A stretch of DNA of 64,000 bases from Octopus vulgaris (lineage: Eukaryota): NCBI GenBank assembly GCA_951406725.2, contig OX597823.1:67146001-67210000 (forward strand), given 5' to 3'. A model generated the notes under the pieces. The model was not told where the DNA came from. It saw only the letters and a list, made by a program, of their open reading frames with translations, and made no database searches. How positions within the stretch are numbered: the first letter of the stretch is position 1; the number at the start of each line of letters is the position of its first letter. The position numbers were made by a program, and so were the translations under genes. Shown here piece after piece: positions 13,471 through 26,593 of this stretch.

Positions 13471-14654
13471 TATAGAAATATATTTGAGTACATATAATAT
13501 TGATAGAGTTACTCACCTATCTCTCTTTATGATATGTAGATGTCTGTTCTCAGAATTTCAGCATTTCGCATCAAAATAATCTCATACTGTTCTTGCTTGT
13601 AGGGCTGAGTATTATATTTGATACATTATTCTTTAAACCATAGCTTTCTCTTAGGTATCCTGGACATCATTTGTTAATGATAAAGATTTTTAATACATAT
13701 TAGCATTTACCTGTTGAGCTATGTATTAAGAGGTGAAAATCCGGAGTCCAAAAAGATTAGTGATAGTGTATGTAGGCAACAAAATCCTATGGTGAGAAAA
13801 AGAATCGGATGTTCACGAATTGACCCTTAGTATGTGAAATGAAAATAATGTTTTCTATTTCAGTCGAAGAATTAATTACAAAAAGTTTAATTCCTGCCCC
13901 TTTTTGCCCAAAACAAACTTCACAACTTCTCAGTAGTTCTAACATTTACTTTATCTTTAATTGCAATAACTTAAATTCACCTGCAGGCTATATTTGTATG
14001 ATATTTGATAATTACTTTAGTTCTATATTCAGATATCTTTTGTTAATGTACGTATCCTTAGACAAACTATTGTTGATCGATCTTTTTCAGATAATTTCTC
14101 AAATTTACATTTATACTATTTAATACAAGTATCGTTCTTGCAATATTTACATCTACATTATTATCTAATGTATGTATCCAACTGTTCTTTTCTGCGCGTG
14201 TATAATTAACCACTGTTATCTATTATCAAGTTTGGGCAACCAGCTGTTTTGACATGTATATACAGTCTGTGTTATATATTTATTATCCAGTATAAGTATC
14301 CTGCTGTTTTATTCTGTCTTTGTATAAACTATTCCGTGTAAACTGATAATGAATATCCTATAGCGATCAATTGTCTCTCGAAAGAACTTATGTATACATG
14401 CAGCAATTTTAATCAGCAGATATTTACAGAAAGAATTTGTAGTGTTTAATGTTGGGCTTTAGACTCGTCTTGCATCTTAAACACATTGCAGTAGTTTCAG
14501 CCTGCAGGTATTTACATGGTTTTCTCGTAGAGTCTGATGTATAGGCACAAGTCTCCTGTAGTAACTTTTGTTCCTTGAAACTTTTTAACTCACCAAATAT
14601 TTACAAAATAGTTATTTTTGTAATGTTTGATATAGTGTCATACATAGCCCCTCA

Positions 14655-14866
14655 TAATAAAAAGGAGTACTGGTAGAATGTCCTAGTGAAGACCTCAATA
14701 AAATGTATGCACAACAGACCAGATATAATGATTTGGGATAAGAAGAGAAACTGTGCACAGTTGTGGAAATTAGCTGCCCAGCGTATGTTAACATAAAGCT
14801 GAAGATCGGTGAAAAGGAGAATACCTACCATTGAGAAATATGCAGTTAATTTATCCAGATTACAAG

Positions 14867-14870
<4 letters not shown>
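14655..14870 (+). pseudogene. R4/Dong-like LINE restriction-like endonuclease (RLE) remnant
   Basis: KKEYW*NVLVKTSIKCMHNRPDIMIWD / EEKLCTVVEISCPA..NIKLKIGEKENTY / LRNMQLIYPDYKF. This carries the RPD...E...K RLE signature. Confidence 0.78.
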
Positions 14871-14948
<78 letters not shown>

Positions 14949-16271
14949 CCTATCTTTCTTTCTTTCTCTCCCACTAAATGTATATACGAAATGATATCGT
15001 GTACCAAGCTTTCGCTGCTTCTTTTGCTGCCTAGTAATCGTAAGGCGGCATGGTTAGACACTCGAGAGGGTGTCTATAAATATACATCACTATTAATAGA
15101 TAGATAGTTAGAAAGATAAATATGCTCACTCTTGTGTGTGTGTGTGTGTGTGCGCGTGCGGACGTGTGTGTGTGTGTATGTGTGTCTGTGTGTGTGTATG
15201 TACCCATGAGTGAAACAACGAAAAGGTCACTCAACACATTTCGTAAGAGTTACATATATATCATTTAAACAATGTGATTCGGCTCCAGACGACTAAAAGT
15301 TTCGCACGTTTAATACAGAAATACAGATCGTTGAGACTCAGGTTACCGAATGAAGAAATACAGGCAGTCAAAGATGCCAGTGTATATATATATACCACAT
15401 GTATGAGTGCGTAGATGTGGACGTGTTATTGATTGTATGAGAATGTATATCTGAGGATGTGTGTGAGAATACGTGTACGTTAGTGTCTGCCGTATTCTCG
15501 TGCATACACACACATCTATACACGTATAACTCTCCTCTCTTTCCTTCTCTCCTCCACATCAACAAACATTAGTTCAACAATTCCCACCCCCACCCCAGCC
15601 TTGCTCTTTCAGCTACACTAGCATACATCTGTCACGCCTGCACACACATATCAGAAGAATGAATATATATATGTATACACACACGCAAACACCTGGCAGA
15701 AACACATACACGCGGGTATGTATGTTCTTCCAGATAAACACGCATTCAATCGTCCGTTTATATGCAAATACATAAATGCACATACTTAGGCGAACACACC
15801 CATACATGAACCCTACACACGTTCGCGCATGCACGTCTATACACACACACTCATACAACTAATAACACGCTCACATCCACTTTACTTATACATCTGGTAT
15901 ACACACACAAACACACTCTGACCGGCCTTGCTTTCTATCGACTTGCAAGTGGTCCCTTCATATGCCCACCAATCTCCGAGGTGTCACCAGCTTCCTGTCC
16001 AGCTAGCGGTACGGAAAATTCTCCTTTCTAATGCATGTGGTGTCGCTGTAATGCCGATGTCTCTTATAACATCATGTGAACTTCCTTGAGCAATAGCAGC
16101 CCATTTTCCAGTAGCCATCTTGAACTTCCTCTAGTTCTCCATTCAGTAATCTGAACCTCAACGAGTTGGGTTTCAGTAAGAAGCCTGCGAAACTTTCAGG
16201 CACATGGAGCTGAATTAAACTATTTTAACTAACAACAACAACAACAACAATAATAATAATAATAATAATTT

Positions 16272-16479
16272 TGTTTTGCCACAAGGGCAGCAATTTTGGT
16301 GAAGGGGATGAGTCGATTACATCGACCCCAGTTTTTCACTGGTTCTTATTTTATCGACACCGAAATGATGAAAGGCAAACTCAACCTCGATGGAATCTGA
16401 ACTCAGAACGTAGCGACGGGCGAAATACCGCTAAGCTTTTCGTCCTGTGCGCTAACGATTCTACCAGCTCGCCACCTTA
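16272..16479 (-). mobile_element. SINE family A, full length
   Basis: Ends ...GCTAACGATTCTACCAGCTCGCCACC (reverse complement of the head). Flanked by (TAA)n. Confidence 0.85.
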
Positions 16480-17404
16480 ATAATAATAACAATAATAATA
16501 ATAATAATAATGATAATAATAATAATAACAACAACAACAACGTGTCTGTGTATGAGTGTGTGTATGAGTGTATACGCGTGCGAATGTGCGTGTATTAACA
16601 CAAATATACATACAGGTAGAAGTGAGGTAGAAGAAACAGATAGCATAAGAGAGACATATGTAGAACTGATATGGCGGAAACAACAAAATACTATACATAC
16701 GCACACATGCACACAGACACACACACATATATATACGCATAAAGCCACATACATAAACAGAGTGAGAGGCACAGGAAAACATTCAAACAGACCGAGCATT
16801 TGTGGCCTGTTATGTCAGCAGCTGTCATTAAAATTAAAAAAATAACTTTCATGTCGTAATTATGTATTTCACTCATATTTAAAAACTCAACCATTCCAGT
16901 CAGGTTGCTTGTCTTTTGATTTTGATATTTTACGTTCTGCTATTACTTTATATGTTAAAACATATGTCACAATGACTGCCTGCACAGATATTCTTGAATA
17001 CTATTTTTAATGTTTTTTAAAATTATTTTTCATGCATTCGCATGTCGTTTTTTTCTTTTGTTCTAATCTTGCTTTTACAGCAAGTTTTCACAGTTTGAAA
17101 GATCGTCGTATATAGCTACGCTGTCACAATGATATGGATCAATCGTTTAATACACGCTAACACGCAGAATATACATACGTATGGTTCGCTTACACATATC
17201 TAGCATGGTGTTGCATGCTAGCTACTCACCAGACTATATACGTTTGTATACGGCTAAATCAAACTCACCGAAATGCGGATGCACACTGTTATGAAAGAAT
17301 GCCTGTATACATAGATAGTTGTGTGAAATTTTATATGTATTTATACTACATAGACGAATATTCTGTCAATGACAATCTATACTAGGCTAACAAATGAACT
17401 AAGC

Positions 17405-17742
17405 CTAAGGCAGACCAAAGCCTTCTAAGTGGATTTGGTAAACGAAAACGGAAAGAAACCAGTTGGATGTGTGTGTGCGTGTGTATCTGTGTGTGTGTGT
17501 GTATTTATGTGTGTCTTTATGTCTGTGCTTGTTCCCCCGACACCATCGCTTAATGACCGCTGTTGGTGCGTTTACTTCCCTGTAAGTTAGCGGTTCAGCA
17601 AAAGAGACCGATAGAATATGTAATAGGCTTACAAAGAATAAGTACAGGAGACGATTTCTTTGACTGAAACCCCTCCTTAAGGTGGCGCTCCAGCATGGCC
17701 GCAGTCAAATGACTGAAACAAGGTTAGAAGAATAAAAGAATA
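17405..17742 (+). mobile_element. SINE family B, 5'-truncated
   Basis: GACCAAAGCCTT..GTGGATTTGGTA, (TG)n, TAGCGGTTCAGCAAAAGAGACCGATAGAATA, CAGCATGGCCGCAGTCAAATGACTGAAACAAG. Confidence 0.85.
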
Positions 17743-18419
17743 GAAAGCTATACTCCCGAAACTTCGAGGTCACTTTCATCTATCTTCTGGTAAAATTATA
17801 ACATAAACGCGCACAAATACATGTATACACAGGCACACACACACATACGCACGCACGCACACACACACACACCCACACACACACACACACACACTCACAT
17901 ACACATGTGTAAGATTCTTGATGTGAAATTTTCTGTTGAAACAGATAGTTATATTTCGGGATGGATTTTTTTTTTTTTTTGCCAAATTAACGCCTGCACT
18001 ATTTATACGTTCTTCATTTCAGCTGTATTTTTGTGTCTTTTACCCCGAAATTTTTCGTCACACATTCTATGACCTCTTCAGTGAATCACCATCCCACGTG
18101 TTTCTTCTGGTTCGGAGGAGCGTATCTGTTGGTATTTCTTAAAGAAACAATGTCTCCCTTCAATCTACAGTAAAATTTTACATTGTGTTTGCCTCACACA
18201 TTCAAAAATGCACACCATAATATTTTGCTAGTAGATAGCTTCCATTATACATTGTGATTTTATGCGCATGATAGGAAATATTTTTAGATAGATAGAATAA
18301 GAAGTACAAGGCTTACCAAAGTTAAGTTCTAGGGAGCGATTCATTTCACTAAAACCTTTCAAAGAATGCCCCGGCAGGAACGCAGTCTGATGAATGAAAT
18401 AAATAACAAATAAAATATA

Positions 18420-19035
18420 TTTATTTCTTTATTGCCCACAGGAGGCTCTAAACATAGAGGAGACAAACAAGGAGATTAAGTCGATTACACCGACCCAGTG
18501 CCTAGCCGGTACTTATTTAATCGACCCCGAAAGGATGAAAGGCAAAAGTCGACCTCGACAGGATCTGAGCTCAGAACGTAACGGCAGACGAAATGCCGCT
18601 AAGCATTTCGCCCGGTGTCCTAACGATTCTTATTTCCTTATTGCCCAGAAGGGGCTAAACAGACGGGACAAGCAAAGACAGACAAAGAGATTAAGTCGAT
18701 TACATCGACCACAGCACGCAACTGGTACTTAATTTATCGACCTCGAAAAGATGAAAGGCAAAGTCACCTCGGTGGAATTTGAACTCAGAACGTAAAGACA
18801 GACGAAATGCCTATTTCTTTACTACCCACAAGGGGCTAAACACAGAGAGGACAAACAAGGACAGACAGACGGATTAAGTCGATTATATTGACCCCCGTGC
18901 GTAACTAGTAATTATTTAATCGACTCCGAAAGGATAAAAGGCAAAGTCGACCTCGGCGGAATTTGAACTCAGAACGTAACGGCAGACGAAATACGACTAC
19001 GCATTTCGCCCGTCGTGCTAACGTTTCTGCCAGTT
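18420..19035 (-). mobile_element. Tandem cluster of three SINE family A units
   Basis: Repeated ~190-210 bp unit TTCTTTATTGCCCAC...TTAAGTCGATTACATCGACCCC...GAAAGGATGAAAGGCAAAGTCGACCTCGGCGGAATTTGAACTCAGAACGTAA. Confidence 0.88.
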
Positions 19036-19710
19036 TGACACGTCGTCTAATGATCCTTGAATATGCAAATATTTATTATTTCTGAATTACTACTCTACAA
19101 TATATTTAGGAGAAAACTTGAAGTAATTGAAAACTTTTACATTACTTATATTCAACACACTTTTTAATTCTCTCTTGGCATGGTCTATGTTATCATTTAT
19201 CATAAGCATTGCAAGACAGACAAACACAGATACAAATGTACATACGCACACATGAATTGCATTTCTATGTTTATAAAAAGATATATGTGTGTTTGTATAT
19301 GTGGATATCTTAGAGTGTGTAAGTCTTTGGATTTACTTACGTTTTTTGCTTTTGTTTATTTTCAATTGGATTTTTATAAACAAAAGTCTTTCTTCCAGCA
19401 ATATATATTATGAGAGAAAAAAATGATAAGCGAAATAATGCTTCGCGTCCGCTTGGTTGAAACGAAAGAAGTAATTTCAACAATTATCTCTCTTGCTCGG
19501 TCTCTCTCACATTCTATGTTCTAAGTGTGTGATGGTGGGGGTATGCGTGTGTGTGTGTGTGTATGCGAGTGGTGTATGTTATACATGTTTTTATACATAC
19601 ACACTCACATACACGCTTACGTATTATATATACATATACGCATATATATGTACATACACACGCACACACACAAAGTTGTAAATCCAGTATACCTTGTAAT
19701 CCCGCACTCA

Positions 19711-19750
<40 letters not shown>

Positions 19751-19758
19751 CATGCGCC

Positions 19759-19790
<32 letters not shown>

Positions 19791-19811
19791 AACACACACA
19801 CACATACATAC

Positions 19812-19852
<41 letters not shown>

Positions 19853-19937
19853 AATGTGTGTATGTATATATATACATATATACATATATAAATGTATACA
19901 TTTATACATACATACATATATGTATGTATGCATGTAC

Positions 19938-19969
<32 letters not shown>

Positions 19970-20171
19970 TCATATATATATATGTATGTATTTATATATA
20001 CATATATGGAAATGTCTTTTCAATGTTGCCTTAATATTTAATAATTTGCTTAGAACAGTATCTTCATGTTGTATTTCTAGATAGAGCTGTAGTTCTGCAT
20101 TGACGCACACTCACACACTTACACACACATGCAGGCTTTCACACACACACCCATACACATGAATCTCATGG

Positions 20172-20224
<53 letters not shown>

Positions 20225-20308
20225 AATACATATATATACACACGTCTGTTTCATTTATTACTTATGTATATATATCTATATATGTGTGTGTGTATACATA
20301 TATACATA

Positions 20309-20346
<38 letters not shown>

Positions 20347-23300
20347 GCACACACATATATATGTACATCTATCTTTATATATACACAGACACATCACACA
20401 TATACACATACATATATGCATAGGTGTGTATATATGCCTACATGGATGTTAATATAATATACATAAAATGCGTTGTCTATACGTTAATATACATGTATTG
20501 ATTAAGAAATAATGCTATGTATGATAAACATTTCTAAAATATTTTACTTGAAACTATTGCTAATAACATATTTTAACATATAACATTTGAACACTTCAAA
20601 CGCTTGTCGTTTTGGGGTTTTTCTTTGATTCCTTTCACTTAGATACTCATTATTTTTCCCAAACATGATGGCGATACAGTTTATCTTTTACCATAACAAG
20701 TGTTAAATCTTCAATTTACAGAATCTCTTTGATTCTAAAATTTACTTCATCTAGTTTTTGTTTCTTTGTCAGGTTTTTCCATGTCTTTTTTTTATTTTTT
20801 TTATTTTCTGTACGATCGTATATGATCAGGATATACTGATATCTTTCCTTACTGCTAAGCAATGTTAAGTTTTTCACAAATATTATTTACTCGGTGTTGC
20901 AGTGAAATACTACAATCAGATTATGTCATGTTCACCGCATTTTTCAAGAGCATTTGCGGCGCAGTTTAATTGATTACTACTGTTACTTTGCATCCATGTG
21001 GTATCGCGTTCAATAACGCTACGCAGTAATTTAAGCACGTATTTTGCTATATCATATCCTCGAATGATTCGAAGAGTTCTAAATGATATCTGATTCACGG
21101 AGGTTATGCTGTAGCCATCGGACAGGACGTGTATTTGTGTAACAGACTTAATGCGTCACGCTGTTTATGTCTGCGAATACTTTTAGTTGAGTTCACTTTT
21201 GTTACAAACATTTTGACCCTACCTGCGATCTGTGGATAACTCCCGCTGCCTTTTGTTCATGTTATGTAGAGAAAAAACCGGTAAAAATCTCAAGTATAAC
21301 GCCCACCCTCCTCTAACGATATCCTGAAAAAATAATAAATGAAGTGGAACTGAATCAAACGATTTCTTCTACAACACATTCATTTTTAAAATTCTAACTT
21401 GACTATCAGGAAATCCATATTTCACTTAAGATTCTCATGTTTCAGACCTTTCTTACGAAATAATTTTTAACTACTAGCTACAAATAATGGCCTGTAATTG
21501 CTTGTTTGTCTTCATAGCTTATTCTTCATTTAGTTACACCTTACTATTTTAAACAATAGTAGAACATTGTCATCCCTAAAATATAAAATATAGATAGTAT
21601 AATCTTAGTGAGGAAGATTTGTTTATAAACTGCTAAATTAGGGTTAACCTGTAACTAAACATGTAACCAATGAGAGAGCTATAAGGTCCTTAAATGTGTT
21701 AGAAATATCAGTAAAATCATTCTCCCATCAAATTATAACGTTATAAGAATAGAAGAACGTACTTCATGACATGGTATGCAATAAACTATTTCAAGAAAGA
21801 CGATGTCAAAGCAGTTAGAATATCAATGATTTGAGGTTAAATGACAGAAAAATTTATTAAATTAATGCAAGGCAAAAACAAAGCCTGGAAACTTGGCTAG
21901 TACTGATATTTTTAGGCTGACGCAAATGTTCTAAGTATAGAGCTGACACAAATGCTCTTAGTACACTAGGTCTACGTTTATGTAATACTGTGACATGAAA
22001 AACCTCATTCAAATATGCAAGGAACTAGTAGGCAAAATTCCCGCTCTGTGGTGTTCAGATTCTAAAATTACAAGCAAGAGAAATAAGTTTAATGAACATT
22101 ATAGATGAAGCAAATTAGAATACATCCAGTTTTAACAAATTATTAAAAGATGTGAATGTCTGTGTATAAGTGCATGCTTGTGTGAACCTGTTTTTTAGTG
22201 TAATAATACATTTGCATTTAAATTTTGCAATAGGGGCATGCTGTTGGTAATATATGTTAAATATATGCCTTGTAATAAAGCAATACTGACCAACTTCATT
22301 AATATTCTCCTTCATTCCTTTATATTTTCTTTTAAAATTTTCTCATTACAGAAATGTTACTGTTTGTCATCAAAAGCAGCACTAATGAACACTGCAAGAG
22401 AGAGGTAACAAACAAGGTTGATCAAATCACATGGCAAGGAATTATTATTAGTTGCTGAAAAAATCATTATGCTGCCGAGAATACAAGAAATTAGTATTTA
22501 AAGACGAACTGGTAAATTTCATATTTTCTTTGACATTTTTTTTTGTATGTTTTTCATATATGTTATTCTTTATTTAAAAAAAAAATTATATGGCGCTTGA
22601 TACATTGTGAGTTTTTTTTAGTCTTGAATATCATGATCACAATACGAGGATATTCATAATTCAATTATGTATAATTTCTCATTCTGCTACATGTTAATTT
22701 GGAGAATGTGTAGTCTGAGAAAGCAATTATGGAATACCTATAAAAGAGAGTGCAAATTAGAATGTAGAAACACTACAACATCATATAATGCATTATGATT
22801 ATAATACACGGTTATATGGTTTAAATGTATTGTATGATAAGATCTGGAAAGATATAACAAGTTGTCTCATATTTTCAATAGAATGTAAATGGGGTTTTGA
22901 TTAAATTGATTTCAAATCATATCATGCTTATGGCATATGCAAATATAACGACAGCATTGTATATTTGAGAGCTAACTCAAAGTGACAGACTATTTATTAA
23001 ACATGGGATCTAATTGAGTAAATTAAATTAATCATTACAATATCAAGAGAATAAGGGCGAACCTTAGACAAAAGTCAGATTGGTAAACAGGTAAAATTAT
23101 AAGGTATATTCACGTGCGATGAGCAGAAGAAATCTCTTACATTTCCGACAGCTTTTCATATCCTGTAAAGTCAAATAACACATATCTACATGTATGGTTA
23201 TTAATAATCAATGAAAAGGTCAAGTGGGCGAATAAAGCAAGAGGTCAGCGGTTTAAAGCCATGTCACTAGCTCTGAGGTGGGAATTTCGCAATTTCATCG

Positions 23301-23791
23301 TTTCGTTTAACTTTCATTTCTAATCTCAAGCCCCGTTAGCAAAACTTTAGCGAAATAGCGTTATTGCACTAAGAAACACGTACACACACATACACGTTCC
23401 GGCAATGAGGAATGTTTAGTGGAATATAATTTATGTTTCTCTGAAAGGTGTACTTTGGATTTGGGTCGCTAATCTGAAGAAATGACGCAAGAAATATATA
23501 ATTAAGAAGCTGTCTAATTAACTAACCGGTCATCGGCGTTGTCATTACGAAACCTCATCCTAATCATTGTTATTATTAATCATCCTCCTCGTCTTCGTCG
23601 TCGTTATTGTCTCCATCACTACGAGCAGCATCTTTCTCGTTGTCAGCGTCGTCGTCATTATCATCAGCAGCAGCAGATGTAGCGACGCCTTCTCTTTCTG
23701 CTTCTTTATCATCATCTGCGCGATGTGAGTCTTTCTGGTTCCCGGCTTTGAACTTGTTCCATGCTGATGCGTCGACAGTGTAATTTTAGTC

Positions 23792-24255
23792 CTGTGCTCC
23801 ACATCCTTTGGTTTTTTCACATGCGGTACACTTATATCCTTTTCAAAATTCAGCGGCACACCTGAACTAAAGATATGTTGTTGTTCCCTCTCGAGCGACT
23901 TTTCTGGTTCATTAGGACCTGGTTTCCGCCGGTCCATCGAAGGTGAGCTGCAAGATGCAAAAGGAAAGAGTGAGAGAAAGTTGTGGCGGAAGAGTCAGCA
24001 GATGTTCGTCATTACCTTCTACCGGAGCCGCGTGGAGTGTTAGGCGTTTCGCTCATAAACACACACATCGCCTGGTCTGAGATTCGAACCCACGATCCCT
24101 CGACCACGAGTCCGCTGCTCTAACTACTAGGCCATGTGCCTCCACGAACTAAAGATACAACGGGGAAGGGAATTATTTTCAGGTTACACCGCGGCACACT
24201 TAGCATCGTCTCGTGACACGCCAGTGTGCCGCGGTATACTGGTTGTGGACCACTG
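23792..24255. mobile_element. hAT/Charlie-like MITE with a nested SINE
   Basis: TIRs CTGTGCTCCACATCC and GGTTGTGGACCACTG match at 12/15. Repeated subterminal GCGGCACAC/GTGTGCCGC motifs are present. 8-bp flanks TTTTAGTC / ATCTAGTC. Confidence 0.7.
23876..24145 (-). mobile_element. tRNA-derived SINE (family C-related) with perfect 12-bp TSD
   Basis: Minus-strand head GTGGAGGCACATGGCCTAGTAGTTAGAGC (A box)...GGGTTCGAATCTC (B box) and a (CAA)n tail. TSD GAACTAAAGATA at 23864-23875 and 24146-24157. Confidence 0.88.
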
Positions 24256-24834
24256 ATCTAGTCAACCTCAGTTAACCCAGTACCTATGTCCGTCTGGCAC
24301 TAACGTTTTCAAACATTTTTTTTTAACTAGGACGTTAAAGGAGTAAACAGATTTAACCCACAATGAATAAGCAGCACAAGGAATTTTGTTTGATGCAATA
24401 AATCTCAGTAATCCATTGCCGACTATATCCATATTCCCACCCACTAATGTGCGAGTATAGACGTGTGTGTGTGCGTGTGTATGTGTGTGCGTGTGTGTGT
24501 GTGTGTGTATTAGTGTGAATGGTTGAGGTTTCTGTTTGTCAGATTTCACTCGCGTGACATTGGCGTTTGGTCAATTCGAAATTTCAGTATCAAACGATAA
24601 TCTTTACGTGTGAAAGCAAGACTATCAAACGCGAGCTACAGAGATGCGCTGCGCAACATAGAATTTACATGGTTCACAGATGTGAAAATAAAAGTTTATA
24701 TTTTAATAGTCATAGGAATTCTGGATTTGAAAATGTTGTGTGTGTGTGTATATATGGGTGTGCGCGCGCGCGTGTGTGTGCTCTTACGTCTGTGCGTATG
24801 TATGTGCGCGCGTGTTCATAAGAACGTATGCATA

Positions 24835-24895
<61 letters not shown>

Positions 24896-25014
24896 TTATA
24901 TACATATAGAGCGATATAAAACAAATTCATTTATTCATTCTCTTTCTCTTTATGTACATATGTATATACATACATACACACACATGTATGTATGTATGTA
25001 TGTATGTATATATG

Positions 25015-25045
<31 letters not shown>

Positions 25046-25914
25046 ATAATGTACATATATGTACTTTATATATGTATGTATATATATAATATACATATAT
25101 GTACATTATATATACGTGTATATATATATATAATATACATAATTGTATTATACATATGTATATATATGATATACATTGATCTACATTATATATATATATG
25201 TATATACTATCCATATATGTATTATGTATGTATGTATGTATGTATGTATGTATGTACATACGTATGTATGTATGCAAGTAGGTAGGTAGATAGGTAGGTA
25301 GGTACATTCAAACATACTTACTGGATGAGAGATTGTGTAAGAGTGAGACGGATAAGAAGAAAATTTATTTCTCTTTCACTTTCTGTTCCTTATCAGTATA
25401 TGATTGCTTCAAATTTTTGCTTTCATTTTTCTTTCCTTTCGTTTCAAGAAATGTTTCTTTTCACAATCAATTTAGTTTCTAATTCAACACCACAAAAGTC
25501 AATTACGTAGTATTAATTTTTTTTTTCCAGAAATTTGAAGCAAATATTAATAAATTACTGTACCTATCGAAAACACAATATCTACTTTAACTTCAAATCA
25601 CTCAATATATTCTATCAACTGGCAATATCAGTTAGATCGATATAGCTCGATACCTAATTATTGGTAGTGTTTCGTTACTATCACGGTTATGATTATCAGC
25701 AAGACTCTGTTATCATGAATATGAAAGCAACTATGATCTTCAACGTTATCACCTTCATCTCCACCAGGAGTCAATAAACCAGGGTCTAATTACCCCAAGT
25801 GGAGGGAAAACGAAATTCCTGGTTGGTAATGAGAACTCATTATGCATAAGTAAAATTATATTTAAAAAAAACACTTTCCTTGTTACTACAGAATATTTTA
25901 GCCTGTCGTATATA

Positions 25915-25962
<48 letters not shown>

Positions 25963-25965
<3 letters not shown>

Positions 25966-26127
25966 GACAGGCTTCTTTCAGTTTCCGTCTACCAAATGCA
26001 CTCATAAGGCTTTGGTCGGACTGAGGCTATAGTAGAAGACACTTGCCCAAGTTGCCACGTAGTTTGATGAACCCGGAACCATGTGGTTGGTAAACAAGCT
26101 ATTTTCCACACAGCCACTCCTACGCCT
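25963..26127 (-). mobile_element. SINE family B 5' half directly downstream of the 5S gene
   Basis: Minus strand AGGCGTAGGAGTGGCTGTGTGG...GGAAACTGAAAGAAGCCTGTCG, then (TA)n. Confidence 0.88.
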
Positions 26128-26142
26128 AAAAGGAAAGAAAGA
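26128..26142 (-). terminator. Candidate Pol III oligo-T terminator downstream of the 5S gene
   Basis: Minus strand TCTTTCTTTCCTTTT lies directly 3' of the 5S sequence, with a T4 run at 26128-26131. Confidence 0.55.
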
Positions 26143-26261
26143 TCTTCACAGCACGTAGGTTTCCCAAGCGGTCACTCATCTAAGTACTAACTAGACTCGA
26201 CTTTGCTTAACTTCGGTGATCGGACGAGAACCGGTGTTTTCAAAGTGATATGGCCGTAAAC
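26143..26261 (-). rRNA. 5S rRNA gene or pseudogene, full length (119 nt), divergent variant
   Basis: Reverse complement reads GTTTACGGCCATATCACTTTGAAAACACCGGTTCTCGTCCGATCACCGAAGTTAAGCAAAGTCGAGTCTAGTTAGTACTTAGATGAGTGACCGCTTGGGAAACCTACGTGCTGTGAAGA. This matches the metazoan 5S layout (box A AGTTAAGC, GTTAGTACTT, box C-like AGATGAGTGACC). It is followed by TCTTTCTTTCCTTTT, a candidate Pol III terminator. Confidence 0.93.
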
Positions 26262-26532
26262 AAAATATATAAATATATTTTGGGGTAATTGGTTAAAAAA
26301 TTTCCGAACCCCTGATCTACATTATCATCAGCGGTAGGATCAAAGTCACCTTCCTTCATGCTATCATTGATAGCCTAATATAAAGTGAATCACATGTAAA
26401 AAAAGAAAATGAGACACAGCAAATAAAGTGAGAAGAAAATAAAGTCACAGAAAAGGAGAGACTTCATAACGTGTGTTGCTCGAGTAGTGATCCACAAGCC
26501 TCCTTCTTTTGTTGTCATAGTATTATTATTAA

Positions 26533-26590
<58 letters not shown>

Positions 26591-26593
<3 letters not shown>

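Larger units (their letters stand above)
25765..26314. mobile_element. Putative hAT/Charlie-like MITE enclosing the 5S gene and a SINE fragment
   Basis: Ends are CAGGAGTC... and ...GAACCCCTG. The inverted subterminal motif AATTACCCCAA lies 23-24 nt inside each end. Flanking 8-mers ATCTCCAC / ATCTACAT match at 6/8 and resemble the NTCTAGAN Charlie-type target. Confidence 0.55.

Noticed and set aside
22352-22511. Possible exon (polypyrimidine-CAG acceptor, GTAAAT donor)
   Set aside because: No recognisable protein and no partner exons; splice-like motifs are common in AT-rich DNA.
23560-23937. 125-aa minus-strand ORF
   Set aside because: Chimeric read-through of SINE tail, MITE and trinucleotide low-complexity sequence; no domain.
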